DNA of 64,000 bases. Source: Candidatus Peribacteraceae bacterium. GTDB lineage: Bacteria; Patescibacteriota; Gracilibacteria; Peribacterales; Peribacteraceae. Made by a program: the position numbers and the translations under genes. Below, piece after piece: positions 1-9,616 of the stretch. A model generated the notes under the pieces. It made no database searches, was not told where the DNA came from, and saw nothing but the letters and a program-made list of their open reading frames with translations. The DNA is taken from NCBI GenBank assembly GCA_040081825.1, contig JBEBFT010000001.1, positions 67,580 to 131,579 on the forward strand. Reading direction: 5' to 3'. Numbering within the stretch: the first letter of the stretch is position 1; the number at the start of each line of letters is the position of its first letter.

Positions 1-150
1 AAACTTCTGGGTGACCTCACATTCGTACTATCGACATCTGCGATCGTGCTGGCGCTCACGATGGCGATCGGGACGGGCCTAGTGTTTGGACTGTATCCTG
101 CCAAGCGAGCAGCATCCTTAAGTCCCATGGAAGCCTTGCGATACGAGTAA
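1..150 (+). CDS. C-terminal fragment of ABC transporter permease (MacB/FtsX family), truncated by the window start
   Basis: Frame 1 reads ...IGTGLVFGLYPAKRAASLSPMEALRYE*, the typical MacB-family C-terminus. Confidence 0.85.
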   Translation, partial: KLLGDLTFVLSTSAIVLALTMAIGTGLVFGLYPAKRAASLSPMEALRYE

Positions 151-267
151 CAATCGTGAAAGGAATTCTTTCGTCCTCCTCCGCCCCTTCGGGGGAGGAC
201 GAAACAAACTGCCAGTTTCCATCTGCAGTTCTTCTGTGACCAACGAAAGATGAATAATAGGTAAGTG

Positions 268-359
268 TCGCGAACCCCGCACTTGCTGCGGGGTGGAGCG
301 CTTCCTCTTAGGGAAAGGATGGTTCGTGGAAGGAAAACCGTAGGTTTGTCTTCCGCGCT
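268..359. repeat. Structured ~90-nt dispersed repeat, copy 1
   Basis: GCGAA-hairpin-TGGAGC...GGA.GG...hairpin layout shared with 427-513 and the reverse complement of 15686-15775. Confidence 0.75.
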
Positions 360-362
360 CTC

Positions 363-392
363 AAAAAAAACTGCCGGTTCTCACCAGCAGTT
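363..392 (-). terminator. Probable intrinsic terminator downstream of the histone-fold gene
   Basis: Minus strand AACTGC-loop-GCAG followed by T8; a diverged duplicate lies at about 206-231. Confidence 0.5.
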
Positions 393-426
393 CTTCTTTG
401 ATCAAAGATGAACAATAGATAGATCA

Positions 427-513
427 GCGAAGCTTGGGCTTTGCCCGAGCTGGAGCTGCACCTTTTTAGGAAGGAGAGCTCAAGAGAGGAAACGAAAGGT
501 TTCCTTTCATGCT
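427..513. repeat. Structured ~90-nt dispersed repeat, copy 2
   Basis: GCTTGGG-CTTTG-CCCGAGC and GAGAGGAAAC-GAAAG-GTTTCCTTTC hairpins; homologous to the other two copies. Confidence 0.75.
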
Positions 514-518
514 AAAGA

Positions 519-683
519 CTAGCAGTCACAACCGTATACGGTCTGACGCTTGTTCTCCTTGCAGCGCATAGCAGCCTTCTTAACCATGTTCTCGCATTCC
601 TTAGCGAGAGCATCGCAGAAGTCGCCACCGCAGCGAAGGCCCATCTTGGAGAGTACCTCCTTGACGTGTGATTGGACGATCAT
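519..683 (-). CDS. Small histone-fold protein (bacterial histone), 54 aa, 6 Cys
   Basis: Hand translation MIVQSHVKEVLSKMGLRCGGDFCDALAKECENMVKKAAMRCKENKRQTVYGCDC, with a histone-like helix pattern and an RxTVxxxD motif; below the 60-aa ORF cut-off. Confidence 0.8.
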   Translation of the reverse strand: MIVQSHVKEVLSKMGLRCGGDFCDALAKECENMVKKAAMRCKENKRQTVYGCDC

Positions 684-847
684 ACGAACGGGGGGGAAAG
701 AGTAGATACGTCATTGTATGCACGTGGGATTTTCGTACACAAGGCTTTTACGGGGGCTTGCCTTGCATATTTCCCACTTTCAGCGTATTTCGACTCTTTG
801 ACTGTCGTGCTTTTCTTTTGCGATTTCTTGGCTTAGACTAGCGGTCT

Positions 848-1120
848 ATGAAGCGTCCAATCTGGTTTAAAGCGAAAAAGTACGGGTGGGGCTGGAATCC
901 GTCTACGTGGCAGGGATGGCTTATTTTGTTTCTTTTCGTCGTTCTTGTCATCGCGTTATCAGTGATGATCGAGCGTGTTGCACTGACTCCAGAGGAGGGA
1001 TTCTGGCTTAGTTTTATGCACCTCACTCCACTCGTGATCGTCCTGATTCTCGTCTGCGCGTACACAGGTGAGAGGCCAAGGTGGAGGTGGGGAGGGAAGG
1101 ATATAAGACGAAAAAAATAG
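848..1120 (+). CDS. Small two-TM membrane protein
   Basis: WFKAKKYGWGWNPSTWQGW, two hydrophobic segments and a GERPRWRWG tail. Confidence 0.75.
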   Translation: MKRPIWFKAKKYGWGWNPSTWQGWLILFLFVVLVIALSVMIERVALTPEEGFWLSFMHLTPLVIVLILVCAYTGERPRWRWGGKDIRRKK

Positions 1121-1186
1121 GAGTCGTTTTCAGATTCCCGTAACTTCTGTATAGTTTGTCAGCTTTGTTCTTTGCTAGAAAACTGT

Positions 1187-1262
1187 GGGTCGGTACCGAA
1201 GCGGGAAAACGCGGGGCAGACTGAAATCTGCTGTCGTAGGCATTCCGGGTTCGAGTCCGAAC
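1187..1262 (+). pseudogene. Decayed tRNA-Tyr-like copy upstream of the intact gene
   Basis: First 18 nt identical to tRNA-Tyr; GCAGA/TCTGC anticodon stem with a 6-nt loop; GTTCGAGTC T-loop; no 3' acceptor strand. Confidence 0.7.
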
Positions 1263-1288
1263 ACAATGAAGCTCTTTCCATCACACGT

Positions 1289-1373
1289 GGGTCGGTACCG
1301 AAGCGGTCAAACGGGGCAGACTGTAAATCTGCTGGCTATGCCTTCGCTGGTTCGAGTCCAGCCCGGCCCACCA
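1289..1373 (+). tRNA. tRNA-Tyr(GTA)
   Basis: GGGTCGG/CCGGCCC acceptor stem, CTGTAAA anticodon loop, long variable arm, GGTTCGAGTCC T-arm, encoded CCA. Confidence 0.97.
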
Positions 1374-1593
1374 TTTCACTCATCGAACAACAGATACAGT
1401 AACATTAGCAAAGGACGAGAAGTTTACCCTGAGCGAGTTCGCCGAAGGCGAACGAGTCGAAGGGAGTCCAGCCCGGCCCACCATTTCACTCATCGAACAA
1501 CAGATACAGTAACATTAGCAAAGGACGAGAAGTTTACCCTGAGCGAGTTCGCCGAAGGCGAACGAGTCGAAGGGAGTCCAGCCCGGCCCACCA
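1354..1593 (+). repeat. 110-bp tandem repeat (2 units plus a third copy of the 20-nt tRNA 3' end) containing a REP-like hairpin
   Basis: GAGTCCAGCCCGGCCCACCA at 1354, 1464 and 1574; each unit ends in CCCTGAGCGAGTTCGCCGAAGGCGAACGAGTCGAAGG. Confidence 0.95.
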
Positions 1594-1691
1594 CTAAATA
1601 GGAATATCTGAAATATTGTAACAACAGTTGACGAAAAGTGTTATCAAGTTTGCTCGTCCGGATTTCGGTGTAGACGTGAGCGAATTCGAAC

Positions 1692-2663
1692 TTACATACG
1701 TATCATCCTTCTGGCGATCGGCACGAAGAAGACGATAGATACGAGCAGTATGATCCCCGCAGTATGTGTGGGACCAGTCGCAGAGGTGGTAGGTGGTCTA
1801 TAGTTCGCGTACTGAGCAAGTGGTGCGCCGCTATGGAGCTTCTCGCTTGCAGACTCAACGGCGCTCGTAACAGCGCGCTGCTGATCCGCACCCGTTGCAT
1901 GCACGGTATAGGGGTTCGTTTGGATAGTCGCAGATCGCGTGGTGACGGCGACTGAAGAGGATACTGACGACTGTGAGCTGGTTCCTCCAATACTGATGCT
2001 GGCAGGCCCTGATGCATGGACGGTCACGACTGGTGCAGCGGATAACACACTGGAAGAAGAAGCGGACGTGGTTGCTCTGGCGTCGAACGGAATCGGGATT
2101 GGGTCACTATTTTCCGAATCTACGGATGTAGCCTGATTCTCTGTTGCAGCTTCGATCGGAAGCGAGACTGTGAAGGTGAGTGTTTGATCTTCGGGCAATG
2201 TTTCGGAGACGTACACGTATGGTCCCTTTGCATCGTCTGGAACTGTAAATGTAAACGGCTCGTCATCAGCGAAGAGTACTTGTGTCGTAAAGAGTTCTCG
2301 AGCGTTATGAGATTTCAGTACCTGTGGATCTTCGTTCATAGTATTGATCGTGACTTCGTCTCCTGGTTTGAGTTGCATTGTATTTGGATAAAACGTTCCC
2401 TCTGCAGTAATCGTGACGGTCTTTGTCGTATCAGTGTTTGTAAGCTGGCCCATCAGACTTTCTCCTAGTCCCATGCTCCAACCGATACTGACGAGCGCGA
2501 GTGTCATGCCGATAATCGCTGGCAACCCGATGCCACTTTTCTTCATCCGTGCTACTGGAACCATGTGCGATTCACTCGTTTTCCGTGACTGTGTTCGTAC
2601 AGGCACGGGTGTGTCCTCAGTATCCGTGGTGGTGTTCCAAGATGGAAGAGAGGGTGAAGACAT
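1692..2663 (-). CDS. Surface protein with cupredoxin-like domain, Ser/Thr-rich linker and C-terminal anchor
   Basis: TVTITAEGTFYPNTMQLKPGDEVTI resembles a cupredoxin fold; N-terminal TM; C-terminal ATGP, TM and RR. Confidence 0.6.
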   Translation of the reverse strand: MSSPSLPSWNTTTDTEDTPVPVRTQSRKTSESHMVPVARMKKSGIGLPAIIGMTLALVSIGWSMGLGESLMGQLTNTDTTKTVTITAEGTFYPNTMQLKPGDEVTINTMNEDPQVLKSHNARELFTTQVLFADDEPFTFTVPDDAKGPYVYVSETLPEDQTLTFTVSLPIEAATENQATSVDSENSDPIPIPFDARATTSASSSSVLSAAPVVTVHASGPASISIGGTSSQSSVSSSVAVTTRSATIQTNPYTVHATGADQQRAVTSAVESASEKLHSGAPLAQYANYRPPTTSATGPTHTAGIILLVSIVFFVPIARRMIRM

Positions 2664-2664
2664 G

Positions 2665-3996
2665 TTATGAGGGGAAAACGAATTGTCTACGAGCAGCGAC
2701 GACGGTGCCGATCACAGCTGAGAGAATGAGTAGTACACTGATTCCTGATCCTATTCCTGTTTCACCTGTGATCGTTGTCCCTCCTTTGGTAGACATAATG
2801 TTCTCTGCCTGCGGGTCGGTGAGGCCGCTTGCAAGCAGGGGAGATGTCGCGGTTTCTGGCTTACCAATCGTTACTGATACTTCTTTGCTGAACATGGTCT
2901 CTTCATTGCGTTCGTTAAATGCACGTACGGCGAAGAAGTATGTTTGTCCCGGCTCCAGATCTCGAATAATAGTTGTTGCGTAACTCGGCGGAACACTTCT
3001 GCGCTGCAGATACCTACCACTGACTGCTCCGTAGTAGATGTTGTATCCCTTCAGTTCAGAGCTCTCGAGGCCCAACCATCCGAGGTAGGCACTGTTATCA
3101 CGTGTTGTGATCTGCACTCCTTGCACTTGCAGTAGCATGAAACCGGACGGTGCAGTGTTGAACCGTGGGCCCCCAGCTGTAGTACCAGCTGACGATGCAC
3201 CGCCACTATTCTGCGTTCCTGAATTCAGAAGAGACGATGCGATACTGCTTGCAATGGCCATCGCCGAAGAGACGGTTGATCCGTTATTAGAATTTGTAGA
3301 TGCCGTGCTGGCACTGGATGACACGGCGGCGGACCCGAGCTCAACAACCAGAGACGCAGGTCGTACGAGGAGCATCGGTGTACGCTCTGTCGTACCGCAT
3401 CCGATGAGAACATCGATACACGGTGGCTGGGTCAATTTCCCCTGATAGTTGTCGTTTCCGGGAGCGGAAACACCTTCACCGTTCACTGCCGTGCGTCCTG
3501 CTCCGCTTGGCAGATATTGATCGAATGTGATGGTTGTATCCGATCCTGCTTTGATGACGCGGAATGTGACACGTGCGACACTCGCAGTGTTCTTTGCGAG
3601 GCTCTGAACTGATCCACCGATTTTGACGATTCCCTGCGATGCATCGATCGATTGCTCGCCAGGTGTTGGACTTGTGACAATGGACGTAAGCTCTACACTT
3701 CGTGCCTCCAGGACCTTTGGATCGTACTTGAGCCAGGAGCGAATATCTCTGACTGCAGCAGGTTGATCGGTCTTGAGTATGACATCGATATCCAGAATAT
3801 CGCCTGTGTTCAGTGTCGCTGTCGTGACACTCGTTGCGTCCAGAACAGAGTAGACGGGACAGGTTGTACGCTCGCTCTCTGTACAGTGTGGCTGCAATGA
3901 GAGCGACGTCCCAGCAGTTTGTGCTGACACGGTGTCTACATGTCCAGCCGTAAGGATCATGAGTAGCGCCAGTGTTGTTGCTGCTTCGCGCTTCAT
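2665..3996 (-). CDS. Secreted cohesin-domain plus fibronectin type III protein with C-terminal anchor
   Basis: Signal peptide; cohesin-like GDILDIDVIL...WLKYDPKVLE...ARVTFRV; FN3 motif GYNIYYG...DLEPGQTYFFAVRAFN; ETG, TM and RR tail. Confidence 0.75.
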   Translation of the reverse strand: MKREAATTLALLMILTAGHVDTVSAQTAGTSLSLQPHCTESERTTCPVYSVLDATSVTTATLNTGDILDIDVILKTDQPAAVRDIRSWLKYDPKVLEARSVELTSIVTSPTPGEQSIDASQGIVKIGGSVQSLAKNTASVARVTFRVIKAGSDTTITFDQYLPSGAGRTAVNGEGVSAPGNDNYQGKLTQPPCIDVLIGCGTTERTPMLLVRPASLVVELGSAAVSSSASTASTNSNNGSTVSSAMAIASSIASSLLNSGTQNSGGASSAGTTAGGPRFNTAPSGFMLLQVQGVQITTRDNSAYLGWLGLESSELKGYNIYYGAVSGRYLQRRSVPPSYATTIIRDLEPGQTYFFAVRAFNERNEETMFSKEVSVTIGKPETATSPLLASGLTDPQAENIMSTKGGTTITGETGIGSGISVLLILSAVIGTVVAARRQFVFPS

Positions 3997-4000
3997 GATG

Positions 4001-4348
4001 TTATCGAGTGTTTCCAGACTTGGTCTTATATTTAATGTGTTGCATCAGCATGAGAGCGTCAGCAGCATTGATCATGCCATCTTGATTCGGGTCAGCCTTC
4101 AGTTCTTCTGGAGTCGGAGTTCGTAGGTTCCCTGCCAGTTCGATCGCGACGACGATATCGTTCTCGTTAATCACTCCATTTCCGTCGAAGTCGCCCGGTA
4201 AGACCTCACTCGTTGCCATGATTGAGCCTACTACACTGCCTTCATTCGCAGTGCGTACTCCTACCGTGAACGCCCCGACCGTTGCGAGAACGACGAGGAA
4301 GATACTCGTGATGGGACTGACCCGGCTGTGTATGTGTTTTTGTTTCAT
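4001..4348 (-). CDS. Membrane-anchored dockerin (type I-like) domain protein; start re-called at MKQKH
   Basis: Duplicated Ca-binding motifs GDFDGNGVINENDI and ADPNQDGMINAADALML after an N-terminal TM. Confidence 0.8.
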   Translation of the reverse strand: MKQKHIHSRVSPITSIFLVVLATVGAFTVGVRTANEGSVVGSIMATSEVLPGDFDGNGVINENDIVVAIELAGNLRTPTPEELKADPNQDGMINAADALMLMQHIKYKTKSGNTR

Positions 4349-4535
4349 ACGAGAGTGGTGTGAAATCTCATTATTATACCGAAAAACCGCACTTTCAGCC
4401 ATGCACAGCAGTTGACGCTTAGTACGATTGTGACGTAGTAATCGTATTCCTCCGTTCGAGTTTAGCCCTTCTACAAGCCAAAAAACATGAAAGTGTGGAT
4501 TTCTCCTCGGCTCCATGCCATGCTCGGGACTGCGT

Positions 4536-5501
4536 ATGGCACACGATCAGCTACACCTCTTTACGGGCTCGAATGCATTCGCTCTACGAGAGGAGCTCAG
4601 GCGCTGGAAGCGAACATTTGCAGAGAAGTATGGGGACGAGAACATGCTGATTCTGGATGGTCGTTCGCTCACCCTTCCGACTCTTCTCGATGCGACAGCA
4701 ACGATGCCGTTTTTGTCAGAGAAGCGACTGGTCATCGTGGATGGGTTTCCATCTATCGAGAAAGAAGATGTCGCAACGATGCTCAGTAGCATGCACCACC
4801 AAGTTGTGACGCTTTTCATTGAACCTGCTCCGGATAAACGCACAGCACTTGCGAAGGAGATGTTGAAAGTTGCCACACTTCATGAGTTTCATGATCTGGC
4901 ACCGCATGAACTGCGTGGTTGGATCACAGGGACGGTCAAAGGTTCCGGGAAAGCGATCGATCACGAGGCAGTCGCAGAATTACTTCTGATCGTCGGATCA
5001 GATCAGCAAGTCCTGTCGCAGGAACTCGCGAAACTACTCTGCTACGTAACGAGCACGATTACGAAGCAAGATGTGCAGCTCCTCGCCGTTCCTTCTGGCT
5101 CGCAGGTAATCTGGAGACTGACTGATTTACTTGGGAGCGGCAAAGTACACGAGGCGGTAGAGTTCATCCGATTTTCCCTCGATCGTGGAGAGGATCCGTA
5201 CACACTCTGGTCGATTCTTCTGAATATGATCAAGAATGTCGTCTTGGTCTCTGCGTCGCTTCGATCTGGTACAACAGATGACAAATCGATCGCATCGGAG
5301 ACGGGCATGCATTTCTTTGCCGTTCGTGGTCTTAAAAACCTTGCTCGTTCGCTGAGCCCCGAAGCGGTGACGGTGCTTGCAAAAGCGGCTCTCAGTGCAG
5401 ATATCGCCCTTAAAACCGGCGGACACAAATACACTTCAGAACGCCCCGAAGAACTCATTTGTCTCCTAGAGCGTACGGTTCTGCTGTGTGCTCAGAAGTG
5501 A
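4536..5501 (+). CDS. holA: DNA polymerase III subunit delta
   Basis: LHLFTG start, TMPFLSEKRLVIVD, ELAKL, IWRLTD, ADIALKTG. Confidence 0.9.
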   Translation: MAHDQLHLFTGSNAFALREELRRWKRTFAEKYGDENMLILDGRSLTLPTLLDATATMPFLSEKRLVIVDGFPSIEKEDVATMLSSMHHQVVTLFIEPAPDKRTALAKEMLKVATLHEFHDLAPHELRGWITGTVKGSGKAIDHEAVAELLLIVGSDQQVLSQELAKLLCYVTSTITKQDVQLLAVPSGSQVIWRLTDLLGSGKVHEAVEFIRFSLDRGEDPYTLWSILLNMIKNVVLVSASLRSGTTDDKSIASETGMHFFAVRGLKNLARSLSPEAVTVLAKAALSADIALKTGGHKYTSERPEELICLLERTVLLCAQK

Positions 5502-5506
5502 GAAAA

Positions 5507-5896
5507 CTACATATTTCTGATGCGCTCTAAGATTGAGGCTTCAGACTCCTGTTCCTGACTTTCGGTAGCCATTTCAACTGCGTCGCGTGCTGATTTGTTT
5601 GCGCGGATACGTTTCCCTGTCTCTTCTACTGATACGGTTCCACCTGCTTCTTGTTTTTTCTTTTCTGCATACTTGGCATCGATGGCGGCTAGCTGCGCTT
5701 TCTCATTCACCAAAATTTCGTTCAGACTGCGTAGCTGCTCTTCTGTCATGACCGGCAGGATGTTGATCCAGTACTGACGTTCCTCCATATTCATACTTTC
5801 AGAGCCCTTGATCAGTTCCACAACCGCACCAAACTTTGCCTGCGTTTCCGCAGGAACTTGTAGTGTAGTGCTCGACTGAGTAACTGGATCGGTCAT
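5507..5896 (-). CDS. Hypothetical protein (helical/coiled-coil)
   Basis: 129-aa ORF following greA; SESMNMEERQYWINILPVM. Confidence 0.7.
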   Translation of the reverse strand: MTDPVTQSSTTLQVPAETQAKFGAVVELIKGSESMNMEERQYWINILPVMTEEQLRSLNEILVNEKAQLAAIDAKYAEKKKQEAGGTVSVEETGKRIRANKSARDAVEMATESQEQESEASILERIRNM

Positions 5897-5998
5897 AGGC
5901 GGGTAGCGATTTGCGGATAGCGGATAACTACCGATAACTACTATAGCAATCGGAAAAGCTTCTGACTATCACGCTCGTTCAATCCAGGATGTCACTTA

Positions 5999-6520
5999 TT
6001 ACACGACCTTCACGATCTCATACTTGAACTTTCCTGCAGGAGCAGTGACATCGACAGTATCACCCTTTTCACGACCAAGGAGAGCCTTACCAATCGGAGA
6101 CTCGTTACTGATTTTGTGATTGATTGGGTCAGCTTCCATGCTTCCAACAATTGTGTACGTTTCTGACTCTTCATCCTCAGTGAGATTCTTGACTGTGACC
6201 ACTGATCCAATGTCGATGACCGAACTCTTGGTCGTCTTCGTGGAGTGCTCTGTGATGATCTTCGCGTGCTTGACCTGCTTCTCCAGTTCTAAGATACGAC
6301 CTTCCACGAATGCCTGTTCGTTCTTTGCTTCTTCGTACTCAGCATTCTCACTTAGGTCACCGTAACTGATCGCTTCTTTCAGGCGCTCAGCAACTTCGCC
6401 ACGCTTGGTGGTCTTTAGATAATCCAATTCGTCCTGCAGTTTCTTCAGTCCCTCTTTCGTGATCAGAACATGGTCTGCATCACTGAACCCTGAGGCCGAG
6501 GCTTGAGTTGTCTTTGGCAT
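5999..6520 (-). CDS. greA: Transcription elongation factor GreA
   Basis: GDLSENAEYEEAK and ISNESPIGKALLG motifs. Confidence 0.97.
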   Translation of the reverse strand: MPKTTQASASGFSDADHVLITKEGLKKLQDELDYLKTTKRGEVAERLKEAISYGDLSENAEYEEAKNEQAFVEGRILELEKQVKHAKIITEHSTKTTKSSVIDIGSVVTVKNLTEDEESETYTIVGSMEADPINHKISNESPIGKALLGREKGDTVDVTAPAGKFKYEIVKVV

Positions 6521-6560
6521 AGCGAAGAGAGTGTAGAGGAGCTCAGTACCGAGCGCAATG

Positions 6561-6860
6561 CTACAGTTGCGGCCTGTTTATTACTGCAGAAGGATCGATC
6601 TTGAGGTGGAGAGCATTAAGTGCGCTAATTTCTCTACGTACCTGGCTCTTTCTTTCTTCAACAGCATTCAGACGACAAAGTTTTTCTACTTTCAAATAAT
6701 GCTCAAGCTTTTCGCGGTGACGAGTGATGGCAGTAACGACCATCTGCTTTTCATCGTCACTTATGTCTTTCAATTGGTCTACTGCTGATGAATCACCCTC
6801 AGCAGCTGAGCGGACTAATCTTCCTACTTCCCATGCTTTTTTACAAGAGTGGAGGCTCAT
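6561..6860 (-). CDS. Hypothetical protein
   Basis: 99-aa ORF overlapping the upstream ORF by 4 nt; no motif recognised. Confidence 0.5.
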   Translation of the reverse strand: MSLHSCKKAWEVGRLVRSAAEGDSSAVDQLKDISDDEKQMVVTAITRHREKLEHYLKVEKLCRLNAVEERKSQVRREISALNALHLKIDPSAVINRPQL

Positions 6861-7210
6861 GCGACTTTTTTGCGAACAGGTTTAAAATCGAGAGGGCTCA
6901 GAGCACTTGCAATTTTTCTGGCTGCAATTGCGGATTGAATGATGACGCTCTGGAGAACTTCATCACTCGGCTCCTTGGTTATCTCATTAAATTGCATCCA
7001 TCGTTTGATTGCCCGTTCAATTTCTAGAGGGTCACGTAGTCGCTTCAGGGCGGCACGTGCCAGCTCGACATTACTGAGTTCTCCAGAATCTTCTGTTTCA
7101 GCAAAAACTTGTAGCAACACTGACTCGACGATATCACCATTTTCTTGAGGTGACTCGTTTCGATGTAGTCTGATCAGACTATTTGCGAGGAATGCAGCGT
7201 TGCTCATCAA
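6857..7210 (-). CDS. Hypothetical protein
   Basis: 117-aa ORF preceded by an AT-rich promoter-like region. Confidence 0.5.
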   Translation of the reverse strand: MMSNAAFLANSLIRLHRNESPQENGDIVESVLLQVFAETEDSGELSNVELARAALKRLRDPLEIERAIKRWMQFNEITKEPSDEVLQSVIIQSAIAARKIASALSPLDFKPVRKKVA

Positions 7211-7282
7211 ATTGTATTGTACAATATAAATAGGTTTAATGCAAATACTAACGTTAACCAGACTATACCCGCCGGGGATTGA

Positions 7283-9475
<2,193 letters not shown>

Positions 9476-9616
9476 CAGTTGGTATCATTTTCTTGATCCA
9501 AAAGGAGCCTTGATTTTCTTTGTGAAAATAGTAGCGTATCCACATGGTAGGTTCTTCCCCCCAAGAACAGCTCATCTTAGTACAGCCGATTGCTGATATA
9601 GCTCCCGAGCCCAGTC

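Noticed and set aside
1354-1593. CRISPR array
   Set aside because: The sequences between repeats are identical, the repeat is a tRNA 3' end, and no cas genes are present in the window.
1172-1601. ORFs 1172-1402 and 1185-1601
   Set aside because: They overlap tRNA-Tyr and its tandem repeats, so they are spurious frames.
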